A DNA stretch of 64,000 nt from Octopus vulgaris (GCA_951406725.2 OX597819.1:67890001-67954000); one strand, 5' to 3'; positions 14,083 through 28,156 are shown, counted from the first letter of the stretch. Notes: generated by a model not told the origin, from the letters alone. Numbers and translations are program-made.

Positions 14083-16340
14083 CTAGCAGAATTGCCCGGC
14101 GATGCTCGGGGCTGAATTGCTTGAAAGTACTGTTAATGATTGCAATGAATTATGATGATCATTCAGGTAAATATTGATATAAGTTTACGGCGAATGAATG
14201 TATTTGTAAGTGTATAGAAAGCCGTGTAAAAGGGGTTCCTAACCCCTCGTAGAATGGTGTAAGAATTGAATGCGAGGTTGCCTTGAAAAGAGCCATGTTA
14301 TTGTTCTCATAATTGTAAGAATTTTATAGTCGTGGAAGGCGGTGTAAAACGTTCGCAGGTGAATAGGGTCTCTTCGTTTTCCACGAACGGCAGCGGATGT
14401 GCTGTTACAAAACTTCATGCTGTGTTAAAAGAGAATGGATGCCCTATGTAGGCAAGAGGGGAATGAAGCATGGGTAAGTAAATATGGGTAATTTATAAAA
14501 TATAGAACAATAGCATCTACTCACCATATGTCAGACCGGCAAGACTGTAGTGGTGCTGAATAGATGAATCACAACACAGTGGTGGAGATGTTTTCATTGA
14601 TGGGCGTTATGATTAAATTTGTTGTTGTATAAAATATGTTGCTTAGTTTCCAAAGTGTATGTTGCGATCGTGTTGTCGCTTATGTAAACTTTAACAGTGA
14701 GAGTGTAGGGGGTAGATGTGTCATGTACGTTGGATATAGAAGATGAAGCTGGTGGTTTGATGATGAATAGATAGAAATAGAGGTGAGCGAAGGACAGGTG
14801 TTGGTTAAGTGTGAATTAATGTCATGAAACGCCTAAAAATGTAAATGCCATCATAAAAGAGAGTCGTACGTAAGTGAAATACTAACGTGTTCGAAAATGA
14901 TGAAACGTAATCCTATAAAACCTCCTTGTACACAATGATTTTGTTTTTCGTTGTGCAACGAATGCGAAAACATCACTATTGCTGCCGACACGCGAGCAGG
15001 CAACATAAAGCTGACCATGAGAGAAACATGGCTCTCCCAAATGTATTCTCGCCACAGACAGTGTTTAACCCTGCGCTTTGTTAATTGACATTGCGAAACA
15101 TGGCCTTACTGGGAACTGGGACCTCCGAAATATGAAAGGTAGGTCTGCTCCTGATGGGAATAGATGCATCCTAGGTATGAGCACAACGTTGCCTCGACCG
15201 CACCCTGTGATAATGGTGGCCTCAATCAGATTGGGAGATAAGGACTTAACGATGAAACGTGTGCCATTGCATTGTTTTGGGGGAACCAAATTTCTAATGA
15301 GCATTATAGGGGCACCAACTTTAAGTTTGAGAATGTGTGGTGGTAGTCCGGGGGTGCTCAAAGGAATTGAGTACCTCTATTGGATAGTTGATGACGCCCT
15401 CTGGGTCAGAAGTTGTATCGATAGACTTATATACATAGACATCCCCAGGAATGAGTTTTAGCATTTCATCATTAATATGGTGAACAGTTTTATTCCTCGG
15501 GGCCAGAATAGCCCTTTGGCCAATCCAATCCATATTCTGATAATTAGCTTGTAGATCTGGGAACACTGCATCTTTGAGATCAGAAGGCGTTTTAACAATG
15601 GTACAAATGGAATCGATGGCAATATTACCATTTTCATCCCCTGGTATTTTGCCTTCGCCAAGTGCAAAGAGGGTGCGAGAAAATGCTGCTGATGTGATAT
15701 CACGTCGCATATGAACACGCATATTGGTGTAAAGTTTGAGAGTCTTCACCAGTGGCCACAATGTGGATGACTTAAGACACGCACTTACTGCATCAGCTGT
15801 AGTCCCTTTGGGAATAACGGGAAGTGTTTGTCGGAAGTCCACTGAAAGAAGAAGTGTTATGCCTCCCATGGGAGCTGAAGAGTGTTTGATGTCTCTGAGA
15901 GATCTATCTAGTGCCTCAAGAGCACTCTGTGGGCCATCGTGCATTCATCCCAAACGATAAGCTTGCATCGTCTGAAGACTTCTGCCTGATCGGAGCTGTT
16001 ACTGATGTTGCAAGTTGATGTCTAACTCTTCACGAAGTCAAGCGGGAGCTTGAAAGTGGAGTAAGCTGTCCTGCCGTCTGGCAACAAAGTAGCCGCAATT
16101 CCAGATGATGGCACAGCTAGGGTAATGCCTTGTGTTCGCCTAAATTCAGCCAATATTAATTTGTTGACAAAAGTTTTCCCAGTGCCCCCAGGAGCGTCCT
16201 GGAAAAAAATATCCCTAGCTTTGGCCCGAACTGAATTAACAACGGAGTTGTAAGCGAACTTCTGTTCTGGAAGGAGCTTTGGCTCATTGTCGTCTATGTA
16301 CTCGGCAAGCTCGTCAACATTAAAACATGTCTCACGCAGC
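14083..16340 (-). mobile_element. Helitron, 3' half (5'-truncated)
   Basis: Minus-strand end reads cccgagcatcgccggg (imperfect hairpin, 14095-14110) then caattctgCTAG|T, the canonical Helitron 3' terminus. PIF1 helicase coding sequence lies upstream. Confidence 0.9.
14900..16340 (-). pseudogene. Helitron RepHel PIF1-family helicase domain (frameshifted)
   Basis: Walker A DAPGGTGKTF, SSGIAATLL, DFRQTLPV, LKLKVGAPIMLIRNL, CNGTR, QFPVRPCFAMSINKAQG and HGQLYVACSRV, spread over several frames. Confidence 0.92.
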
Positions 16341-16364
16341 AAATGTGAAGACAGAGTGTTTGTG

Positions 16365-16455
16365 CCTACACATGCCAAGTCACCACACAGTGGGACTGAA
16401 CCCAGGACCATGTGTTTGGAACGTAGTTTGTTACCACACAGCCACACCTGCCCCT
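16365..16455 (-). mobile_element. SINE family B head fragment
   Basis: Reverse reads gtggctgtgtggtaac...catggtcctgggttcagtcccactg, matching 56373-56450. Confidence 0.7.
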
Positions 16456-18060
16456 ATGTATGTGTGTGTGTGTGTGCGCATATGAGTGTATGGGTAGATA
16501 TATTATGCATGTATATATGTGTATATATATATATATATGTGTACATATTACATGTACATCTATATATATACATCTACACATAAAATACAAAATACAAAGT
16601 TATATCTTGATATCGCTAGTGATAACAATACTCAAAATATATAACAGACTGGAATTGTAGGCCTGTCTCTTGTAATTTCGATCAATTGGATCTTGTTCTC
16701 CCTCTTGTATAGAAGTGTACGGCTGCAGCGAAATTCATTTTTGGACTTTCTTCTATGGAAGGCATTTTAACAAAAATGCTTCCGTAAAGACGGTGAAAAT
16801 ATTGTCAATTTCCCCAAACAGGGACACAATTCAATTTTTAAACAATAACCAAAGCCCCTTCTCCGAAAGGGGAGGGTTACGGTTTACAATTATTTGACAA
16901 ATGCAACACAATAACATTTCCCTGACGAGGAACCAACAAACGTGATTACAATAGTCAAACAGTAATAATAATAACAACAAACCTTTTTAATTTATCCCCA
17001 TTTATGTGAAACCACTTATTCAAGTTCAAGTCATTGATGCAATTTTATACGAATTGCTAATATACACACACACACACTTAATAAGGGTGAAAAATTGAAT
17101 ATTAATTTGATTAATATGAATGGAAAACCAGTGGTGTAGCATATAAGACCATAGCGGATCTTCCTCTAGCAAAAAGGATGACCAGTATTAATGGCTCATC
17201 CCTGTTATATAAATAGTTTCACTTCAATAGTTTCACACTTGCAAAGAGAAAGTAGGAGAAAGTGTGGTGGTAATAGCAGGAGTAAACCACTTGATATGAG
17301 AGAGGCAAATCGTAAAATATTGAGTTTTCTCGATTTTTGCTTAATTGGGGGTCATATTGAAAAGACTTTACATGCCATGACCCAATCGAATCTACTTGGA
17401 AAAATCATAGGTAAATTCCAATTGAAGTAATTCTATATTGTATAATTGTATTAAAAAGAAACATTGGAGCAGGCAGAGAAAATCTGCCTTTTATCATAAG
17501 AGATTTTCTAAAATAGAATTTCGCTGAAATGAAAATGAAGAGTGTTATTTCATTTTATATTTCGTATAATTTTAGTAATACATCCATGTCAACCGGTGGA
17601 AATAAGAAAATCCATTTGACTCATCTTTACAACGGATATTTGTATATACAAGAAAAATATGCAGAGAAAACATAATCAAGAAAATTAATCCTTGTAAAAT
17701 TTTAGAATTACAACTTCACCACATAGAAAAAAAAGATAAATACCATTACCATTTGTTTTACATAATTTACAGACTCACATGGGTATGGGTACGTGTCAGT
17801 TACGGATGCATTCCACCATAATCAAGCATCTTGCCACATGCGTGTACATATGTGTTTGTTACTAATACATGCATTATACACATGCATAACATTAAATCTA
17901 TCGATAAGCCCGGTGTGAATCAGATACTGTGCGGGACATGTTAGACAGTCTTTCCACTTCACAACTAAAAGAAAAAAATACAAAAGAAAAAACCAAATTA
18001 TAAATCTATAGGGTTGATAATACATACATTGTTGTGAATGGTAGATTTGTTAACATGTTA

Positions 18061-18930
18061 CGAGGTCAGAGCCATAGTAACAAAACTAAAGCATGCAGAG
18101 TAAAACCGCTTGGCACAAGTCCACCTTGAATTCTGCTGTGCATGAGTACTAAGTTTTAACGTTCTAGTTTATTTTCCTGTTTACACCGGCGCTTGGAACG
18201 AATGTGCGTAGCGTTTGATTGTCGCATTGACCATGACAGAGAAAGTTATCATGGCGATACCTGCTCAGAGGCCTATGCAATGTTGCGGAAAGTGTTTGTG
18301 GAGGAGTGCATGAGCCGCACGCAAGTGTACGAGTGGTTAAATCATTTCCAAGATGGCCAAAAAACCGTTGATAGTGATGAACGTTCTGGGAGACCCGCAA
18401 CCAGCAGAACTGAGAATTACATCGCAGATGGGCGTGCAGCTTTGAGGGGAAATCATCGAATCACCATCCGTGAGTTATAAGAGAATATGCAGATTAGTTA
18501 CGGTTCAGTTCAGTGCATTATCACTAGATATTTGGGTATGAGAACCATGTTTATCAAGTTTGTGGCAAAACTGCTTTCAGTTGTCCATAAAGATACTCGG
18601 GTTTCAGTTGCACAAGATCTCCCTGATGCGTCGAAAACGATGAAGGCTTTTTGAAAAAATTTGCGTACGCCTCTGAGCTGGTATTGCTAAGCATTTGACA
18701 AAATTTGACGCAGATTCTCTCCTCAACTTTCTGTCATGGTCAATGCGACGACCGCACACGTTTCACACCTTCCTTCCAAGCATTGCTGTCAACAGCGGAA
18801 GTGAGCTAGAACGTTAACACTTAGTATGTATGCACAGCAGAGTTCAAGGTCAATCTCTGCCAAGCAGCTTTACTCTTCGTGCTTTAGCTTCGTTACTATG
18901 GCAACAGTCTGGATACTTATTGATCAGACC
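18061..18930 (+). mobile_element. mariner-derived non-autonomous element with long inverted ends
   Basis: Transposase N-terminal HTH (SRTQVYEWLNHFQDG..DERSGRP..HRITIREL). 18655-18930 is an inverted, diverged copy of about 18061-18290. TA at 18059-18060. Confidence 0.85.
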
Positions 18931-19229
18931 ATTACTGACTTGTTAGTAAGTGTACATTGATGTGTTCATTAATATATCCTTTTGTATTTTGTGTGTGCGA
19001 TTTTATATTCTTTGCATGCGTGTGTAAAGTATAGTTCATTGATAATCAAATGCATCATTCCATTTCTTTGTGTTATTAGAAGAATAGATAAAGAGAAGAA
19101 ACCTGAAAAAAGACATCGCTAGTCACAATACATTTGCATCGTTTTAGCTTTTGAATTAATCTTCTTCTATGCCTGACGAGCAGACCAATATTCTCCCTTG
19201 ATTAGAAAGCTATTCCGTCAACCGGTTAT

Positions 19230-19370
19230 TGTTTTATAACAGAGCGGACTGGAACAACGTGAAATTTGCTCTTTTGTTCAAGAAAACAACGCCCCGCTGG
19301 GTCCGAAAATGGAACCCATGGTTTAGTGATTGTGAGTACAATATCCTAACTACTAGGCCATCAACCTTCA
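19230..19370 (-). mobile_element. SINE family C head (degraded)
   Basis: ctggaacaacgtgaaat..ttgttcaagaa..caacgc is similar to 48518-48640. Confidence 0.6.
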
Positions 19371-20146
19371 CATGAATATAGAGTCAATAAACTAGTAGAC
19401 AGACGAACAGACTCAAGAGAGATCAAGAGTGGAGTGGGTATGTTGTTCATGACATCACAAATGTCTGTTGCAAAGCTGGCTGATTGACTGACCGAAATAT
19501 TTATCAAACAATCGATTACTTAATTAATTGTGTAACTTGTTGACGGATAATTATTTGAGAAGGTAAATAGAAACATTGTATGTCCTTATTCCGGTCACAT
19601 TAACCCTCCCGTGATAGAACTAAAGCCTATAAGTTATTCACCTTTAGTCAGCATCCCGTTTATATCGTAAGTGCAGAGTCTGTATATATTAAGTATGATA
19701 CACAGATAGCTATTTTAGTTAAATATAGAATCAATTGAGTATGAAATATTTTTTTATGAATTGAGTAGTTATTTATAACTTCAGTGAATGTTTTATTCAT
19801 CTTTTCCTGCATGAGAATTCTCGTCCAAGCATGAGACTAGCAACAACTAAGTGCTAATGAAAAGTCTGGTGCTCCCGCTGGCCGCTGCTGGGTTATATTT
19901 TTATTCTCTCTGTGATTTTTATTGTTTTTAACAAAAGCCCTTAAGTAATATTCTTTTGGGTTAAAAACTGCAAATAACTGGAATCTCAAAAGCGGGACTG
20001 CATTAAGTATGATGCATAAGTAGCTATTTTTATTAAATACTGAGGCAAAAGCATGCAGTGAATAGTTTATGCAGATAAGATCAAGTACGAGCACTTCGAT
20101 TTTAGCTGAAAATATCAGCTAAATCACTCACTCCCGCTGCCCCATT

Positions 20147-20203
<57 letters not shown>

Positions 20204-21876
20204 ATCTATCTATCTATTTATCTGCAATATTACCTATTTAATACTGCCTTTATAAAAAAAAACATGTAGGGCAATTTTATAATGCGGACCCATTACATTT
20301 GACTAATACATGCTGGATGATCACATCTGGAGTGTCTTTGAAATCATGGTTGCTGAAATGAGATATGAAATGTCTTTAAACAGCAGCAAAACGTCACCAT
20401 ATAATATCAGTTGCAGATACTATTGAAACTCTGAGTTAGATCATGATTTCGTTTGGTATATCACGGAGTACATTGTCCACGTTTGAGACACGCTGATTTT
20501 TTATATGAAGGAGTTCGGCCTGTTCTTATTTGTTTGGAAATTGAACACGTACAGGTTTCTCCATTTTCAAACCGTTATCACGATTCAACGGGTCGGATCA
20601 TACACATTTATTTTCGATTCTAACGAACATGACCATTTATTAGAAGTTGTTAAATTCTTGGATTAACAGAATAGGCAGTGAGGTAGAGTGGAGAATAAAA
20701 TTATAAAGTGATATTTAGTCACGTCTCATTACTTTCTGAGTAATAATCACGTGGAGGCAGTATTTGCTTTTCATCCTTCGGCACTCGATGAAATTTAAAC
20801 AGCGGTCAAATACACGAAGTCGGTGTAATTAACTGTCCCCTATATTATTATCAATGTACTACATGATGTTGTAGGGGGTGAGTGGAGGAAACAAGAGTGC
20901 AATTGATTAAAATCCTTGCTGCATTTTGTTACCTAATTTTCTGTTGCATTAAAATGTCAAACATGCTGCTTAGCGCTACTTTGCATCGTATCTTCCGGAA
21001 TTGATAAAATACCAGCGATCCAATACGTGTGCTGGATATAATCAAGTATGCCGCGCTTTCCAACAATTAAAGAAATAATAAATGGGCAAAACAAATATAC
21101 AATTCATTAAATCAGTGTAGCTTGGTTACATAATTACGAATTATTTTAACATCAAATGAGAATTTGGTGGAGTTGCAATAACACGAGAGGGTTAGAGCGG
21201 GAGCAACTTAAGGTATTTACTTACAGCCTGAGTTCAAATTTCTAAGATGTCAAATTCTGGTAAAGAAGCCTTTAGCTTCTGTTTATTTAGGAAGCAAGCG
21301 TAAAATTATATCGCAGTATTTCGATTCCAATCAAATAAATCGGCATTCTGATCCTCTTCAGGGCAATAATAAAAAAAAAACAATGCTAATTACAACAAAA
21401 ACCTAATCACAAAATATTAGGGATGGAGGAAATAATCAAACAACGCATTAGTTACAGATTATGAGCTACATTCTGTAGTAAAATAAAAACTGAAGTACCG
21501 CACGGTGATACAAAAGCTCATAAACTAAAAGAATATCTCTTAATACGCCAAGTCTCTTAGGGGAGGTTTTACTGGGCCTGAATACAATAAAAAACATAGA
21601 GAATACAATAAGTAAATTTATATCGAACAAAAAGGAATAACAAACATGTGTGTGTGAAGACTAATATCTTCGTACATATAAAGATAGCAAGTCGGGAAAA
21701 TACATTCAGAGTTCAAATTCTGCCGAGGGTGACTGACTTCCATCATTTCAGAGTCAGTATAATAATACGTACCAGACAAACCTTGGGTAGATGTTCTCAC
21801 CTAGATCCCTCCCCATTAATTTCAGACCATGTGCCTATATTAGAAAGCAATATCTTCATATATATATATATATAAA

Positions 21877-22475
21877 CATTAATCTCTCGACGACTATCGC
21901 GGGTGTTACGTTCCTAAACACCCCACGATAGGTGAGAAGCCACGAAGTAGAAACAGTACAGAACTGTATGTGAAATTTTTGTATATTTATTTTATTATTT
22001 TTATATATTTAAGCTTTTATAAACTCCACACACTGTTTAGTAGGAATACTCGTGTCTTCTCATTTTTTGCATGTCGATGAGTCTCACCTTCTCTGCACTC
22101 AGGTTCACTGTCAGAAGACACACAGGGTGTAGAACATTTGGGCGACATCGTAGTCTTTGTAGGAAATTCACAATTTTACACACAAACGCAAAACAACACT
22201 ACACACTACCCTTCCGAGCTTCGTTTTCCATACACTAAGACCGATTCTTCGTTTACTCATCTACGGTACACTATGCATTTCTATTGATATTTAGGCGTGA
22301 ATATGTTTATTTTACCACAAAAATAATTCAAATCTAAACAAGTATATATATTTATCGGCCGAAGAAATTCGTGATATACTGAGGTGTCGCCGATAGGAAT
22401 TTACTTATAGTAGCCAGAATTATTCCGCGATGTACTAAGGGAGCGATATGAGAACCGCGATATGGTGAGTGATAT
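21877..22475. mobile_element. pogo/Tigger-like MITE
   Basis: Ends cattaatctctcga..ctatcgcggg and ccgcgatatggtgagtgata are degraded inverted repeats; TA-rich flanks. Confidence 0.6.
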
Positions 22476-22696
22476 ATATATATATACATGTATGTATACA
22501 TGTATGTATACATGTATGTATACATGTATGTATACATGTATGTATGTATGTCTTTACCTGTTTCAGTCATTACCCCTTGGATTATTTTCGTGCATCTAAT
22601 CGAATGCAGCACATATTTTGGTTTTAAGCCTGAAGCACACTAACGACGGTTGTCAAGCAGCGTTGGGGGAAAATGTCATACCCACACAAACGTATA

Positions 22697-23079
22697 GTGG
22701 CACTCCGTCGGTTACGCCGACGAAGGTTCCTATGGGTCGGACCAACGGAACAGACTGCCGGTCAAATTAACGTGCAAGTGGCTGAGTACTCCACAGACAC
22801 GTGCACCCATACCGTAGTTCCCGGGGGAGATTCGGCGTGACACATAATGTGACAAGGCTGGCCATTTGAAATTCAGGTACAACAGAAACAGGAAGAAAGA
22901 GTGAGAGAAAGCTGTGGTGAAAGAGTACAACAGGGTTCGCCACCATTCCCTGCCGGGTACACGTGGAGATTTAGGCGTTTTCGCTCAATAAATACTCACG
23001 ATGCCCTGTCTGGGTGTCGAAACGGCGATCTTACGTCCGCGAGTCCACTGCGCTAGAAACAGGGCCATTGCACCTTCAC
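22697..23079 (-). mobile_element. tRNA-derived SINE, family D
   Basis: Reverse complement is colinear with 2671-3054. Confidence 0.85.
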
Positions 23080-23085
23080 TCACAA

Positions 23086-23160
<75 letters not shown>

Positions 23161-23384
23161 AACACATATATGTTTGTGTGTGTTTTGTGTGTGTGTGTGT
23201 GTGTGTGTGTACTGTTCTGTGATGGTAAAATCAAAACAAAGGTGAGAGATAAATGCTCTTTAATGGAAACACTATATACATGCCTATATATATATACACA
23301 TACCTACATATGTATATGTAAGCATATGAGTATATAAATATAAATATCTGTTTCTACACACACACACACACAGACATATACATA

Positions 23385-23470
<86 letters not shown>

Positions 23471-23471
<1 letters not shown>

Positions 23472-24126
23472 CAATTAAGGAAAACTTCTTAATAAGGAAT
23501 CTTAATAAGAAATTATCAGGTAGATAGCGTGAAAAACCTCATAAGAGAAAAATTTCGAAAATAATTCTTTCTTATTGAACATATTAATTTATATATAGAG
23601 GGCATTATTATACAAATATGCCACACGCTAAGAGGGACAAAAAGTCATTTCTACCAAAAATTTTACTAATCCCACCGAATGCAATCTTTCAAAGCAAGAC
23701 ATTTAAAAAATATAGACTTGTATCACCTGTGATTTCGTACTTACGCACTCTTCAGCAAGCCTGGACGTATCATAAATAAACGGCCCTGTCTCGTCGAAGC
23801 CAAGCAGCTAACTGCCCAACGTCAACGGAGCACATGGGGAGTTTACATATATTACATCCGGTAAATGGCAGGCTTCTTCGAATTGCATTTCGGAGAGGAA
23901 AAGTTTTTTCGGAATAAAATTATTTAGCAATTAAGGACAACTTCTTAATAAGGAATCTTAATAAGAAATTATCAGGTAGATAGCGTGAAAAACCTCATAA
24001 GAGAAAAATTTCGAAAATAATTCTTTCTTATTGAACATATTAATTTATATATAGAGGGCATTATTATACAAAGATGCCACACGCTAAGAGGGACAAAAAG
24101 TCATTTCTACCAAAAATTTTACTAAT

Positions 24127-24129
<3 letters not shown>
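23471..24129 (-). mobile_element. Retrozyme/PLE-like non-coding element: 1.45 copies of a 456-bp unit between (TA)n tracts
   Basis: 203-bp direct repeats at 23471-23673 and 23927-24129 (2 mismatches). Hammerhead in the spacer, no convincing ORF, (TA)n on both sides. Confidence 0.75.
23716..23760 (-). ncRNA. Type-I hammerhead ribozyme, intact core
   Basis: Minus strand reads gcttg-CTGAAGA-gtgc gtaa gtac-GAAA-tcac ag gtga-TA^caagt. Stems I, II and III all pair; predicted cleavage after AUA, between 23721 and 23720. Confidence 0.85.
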
Positions 24130-24164
<35 letters not shown>

Positions 24165-24591
24165 ACATCCGCCGACATATACATACAAATGTATTGCAAC
24201 TTCAATTATACATGATGATACATGTAAATTTAAACTGGTACTCAGTCACTACGAATATGAATGATACAGTTGTTCCAATCAGAAGTACTTCCTGCTCGTG
24301 AAATGAAGGTACATATGATTGAGTAATCCGCAGACGCGCATACCCTTAGTGTTGTTCTAAAGGATATTTAGCATGACATAGGATGTGACAAGTGTAACCC
24401 GGTGAAATGCAACTCACTTTTTCCAAATGAAGAGACTGGAGTAACGTGAAAATAAAGCATCTTTCTGTCGGACACAACGCAACACCAGGAATCGAACTCA
24501 CTGTTTTATGATCGTGAGCCGAATACCCTTTGCACACCCGTTCACATATGTACATATATGAAATATATATAATACGAATAAATTACATATT

Positions 24592-24813
24592 CGAAGCGGT
24601 GCTGAAATGCTCCTGCCTGAAGATAAAATAGAAAATAGAGGATAATCAGTTAAATATGGTTTTATTCCATATATTCCCCATTCAAATTCACACATTTATT
24701 GCAGCAGTCATTCAGTTTTATTCTAAGCACTGTAAAAGAACTCGGAGGGTTGGTCTCCAGCCTAGCCTTTGGCGATGATACCCTTGAAGCCAGGAACTTT
24801 TCAGCACCCCTAC
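24592..24813 (-). mobile_element. mariner MITE
   Basis: TIRs cgaagcggtgctgaaatgctcctgcct / agccaggaacttttcagcacccctac. Internal KLNDCCNKCVNLNGEYME resembles the mariner C-terminus. Confidence 0.7.
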
Positions 24814-24829
24814 TATTAATCATGTATTC

Positions 24830-25006
24830 TATACATCTTTCAACTTTCGGCACAAGGAAAGAAATTTCGTGAGTGGGGTTACATCGACACTTTCGCTCAG
24901 CTGGTACTTATTTTATCTACCCTGAAAGTTGGGTACGGCGGAATTTGAACTCAGAACGTAAAGATGGACGAAATGCTTCTAATGATTCTGCCAGCTTGCC
25001 GCCTTA
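24830..25006 (-). mobile_element. SINE family A
   Basis: ctggtacttattttatc, cggcggaatttgaactcagaacgtaaag and ctgccagcttgccgcctt. Confidence 0.7.
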
Positions 25007-25319
25007 AAATCATGTATTATATATCAAATACGTTTGTATACAATATATGTGAGTGTGTCTGTATGTGTGTGATATGCATGCACGCACAGAAAATATATGA
25101 TGCCTTCCTTTGAAGACAAGAGCATCAACTGATAACATTCCTAATTGAGGCACTTAAAAATCTACTACGGGACCATCCAACTTGTTGTCCTGAGTATAAA
25201 TGGACTCACCAGCTTCTCACCTGTCACTGAGTAGTGTAAGCCTAGAGCTCATCGTCAGTAGCTCTCCAAGCAGACTGGGAGATAGGCATTACCGCTGGAA
25301 GCTGGGCCAACACCTTGAA

Positions 25320-25510
25320 GTTATAGCAGACCTCGTCTGTGAGATACATATTTCAGGTACCTGCTCCAAACGAAGAACATTGCCACCTTGTCTTGGTCTA
25401 GACAACTGACCTCTACAACAGCGCATGTCTTTTGTTCCATGTTCGACATAACAATATTATGTCTGTTGTTTGTACCTAATTGAAGTTTTGTTTTAGATGA
25501 CACAAGCTCC
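25320..25510 (-). mobile_element. Fragment of an RLE-type non-LTR endonuclease
   Basis: NNRHNIVMSNMEQKTCAVVEVSC resembles the NRPDIV...IIEVSC restriction-like endonuclease motif. Confidence 0.5.
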
Positions 25511-27056
25511 CAGATTCACCTCCTCACAGCCTACAAGGAGAGTCACGAGAGTGGAAGCTGAAGTTTCTAGAATCTGCCCTTCGATATAGACATTGGTTTC
25601 AAATATCAGGCAATTAGACGTAAGTCAATTACCTTGACTCCAGTGTTCAACTGGTACTTATTATATCGACACCGAAAATTTGAAAGTAAAATCGACCTGG
25701 GCAGAATTTGAAATCAGAGCGTGAAGAGGTCCAGTTACAACCCCTTCTTTTTAACTGAAGCACTGTATTGACTAGAGAAAGGAAAGCAGAAGAATTAAAT
25801 GCACTGAGCTGGTGAAGTTATGATCAGAGAATGGGTGGCAAGCAAACTGTGATGCATGGGGTATGATGCGGATGTTATGCAGGCCATTCTCACTGTATGG
25901 AATACAAAATGCTAGCCATTACTGCTGCACAAGCGGAGAGATGTCAAATTGGTTTTGGAGATAGCATAGGCTGCCTAAAGGGACTTATGCCTCATGAGGG
26001 CTGTTAACATGATACTAGTTAACTGAGGGGTACTCCTAACTGGATGCTAACAGGGGGTTGATCGACCCTGACTGAGATATCTGGCATTTGGTGGCGGAGG
26101 TAATTCTTCAAAGACCTGAATCACCTAATGACTCCAGAAAATATCGCTGATGGTATATTCAGGTGCACTATAATGTGATGTATTGAAAGAAAAAGGAAAC
26201 CGAAACACTCAAACCGCCGGTGACAGTTTAAAATATTAGTAATTCTGGTAATATTCTCAAGTTTCTAAACTATTAAAGCTTTATGTATATTTATATATAT
26301 ATATATATATATATAAGCACATATAGAAATGTGTGCATCTGCACAGGTATATTTTTACTTGCGTATGCGTAAGTTGTATATATGTATATATGTATATGTG
26401 TTCAAATTTTATGAGAATTAGTATTTTACTCAGGCTTTCCACATGATATACGCTTTCCCTCTGTTTTATATTTTGATATAGAAACTTTCGTTTTAAGATG
26501 TTTTGTTTCGATGCTTCTTCGATTGCTGTTGCTTGTGTTTTTGTCATCTTTTTTTTCTTTTTCTTTTACTTTGTTTTTATTAATTTGTGATTTCTAGACA
26601 TTGTTGTAGTAAAAAGACAAAAGACTTGTCTTCAAAAATATACACAAAACAATGAGTTAGACAATCGATTCTTCTGCATGTGTGTTTCTTGTCTACTTAC
26701 GAAATGGTATTAATAAATCAATAGATAAATATAAATAAATAAACAAATAAATATGGAAAAATAAAATATGAATAAAGAATAAATAAATAAACCTCTTATC
26801 TCCAAAATATGAGACCTAATACAATATGGAGAAATGAAAAGAGCAATGGCGATGAAGTGACGTAACAGAAACGCGCAGATATTCAAGAGAACATATTTTG
26901 TCTCGTTGCAGTCGTTGAAATAAAGGCCATGCTGGAGTATTGTCTTTAAAGCTTTATTAAGTGCAGTGGTACCAGTAATTATTTCAATGATATGAATGCT
27001 CGAAGCACCAAATCTAGATAAAAACACACCTACAGCTTCGAACAGTGTAAGAAATA

Positions 27057-27272
27057 TTCTTTTCTACTCTAGGCACAAGGCCCGAACGTTTTGAGGAGGG
27101 GGACAATCTATTACTTCGGCCCCAGTACGCAACTGGTATTTAATTTATCAACCCCGAAAAGATGGAAGACAAAGTTGACCTCGGTGGAATTTGAACTCAG
27201 AACGTAAAGACAAACGAAATACCGCTAAGCATTTGGCCCGGCGTGCTAACGTTTCTACCAGCACGCCGTCTT
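27057..27272 (-). mobile_element. SINE family A
   Basis: Well-conserved reverse copy (ggcacaaggcccgaa...gaatttgaactcagaacgtaaag..taccgctaagcat). Confidence 0.8.
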
Positions 27273-28078
27273 ACACTATAATAAATATTAGAAAGACACT
27301 GAGAAGATGCATATACACCTTTACAGAGTATACATATGCACATTTACATATATACATATACATACGTACACATATTTGCACACACGCACTCTATATTCGT
27401 GTGTGAGCGTGAGTGCGCGTGAGCGTGTATATACACTCGTGACCAAATGTTTGGAACACTTACTTCAAAATTGGAATAATTATGGTCAAGTGCAAATCGA
27501 TTCAAATATATACAACGTAGAGACACACTTGTCTAATTAACTAGAAGATAATGAACCATTGGTTGGTTAGTAGGTAAAGTATATCTCTATGTTGTGTAGA
27601 TTTGAATCGAATTGTATTTGGGCAGAACAATTTTAATTTTTAAAATGATGTTTTGGACAAGATTGTATACATAAATAAAGGACCTGTCGCAAAGGAAAAA
27701 AAATTAGAACTGAAATTAACAGTGAACATTGGGTATGTATTATATGTGATAGAAAAGCCGTTAATGTACGTGTTCGCTGCCAGGTCGACAATCTTTCCTC
27801 GGTTGACGATCATGTATGGGTATTTATTTTGCATAAACTCCATTCCCCTCACTCGTGAAAATGTTATGACTAGTACCAACTATCTCTTGATTTTGGCCAT
27901 AATACCAGAATATAACTTAACGTATGTATTTATCTACGCATGTATGTATATCATTATTTAGATTTATTTCATGACGTCTTACCAACAGAGAAAGAGCTTG
28001 TTTCTAAACTAGATCCAAAGGTCCTTCATTGGAATCTCAACATCAACAACAGGATAGTTTTGTATGTATGTATGTATG

Positions 28079-28156
<78 letters not shown>

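Noticed and set aside
27640-27961. Overlapping ORFs of 79 and 102 aa with ordinary composition
   Set aside because: No recognisable domain and no convincing splice signals.
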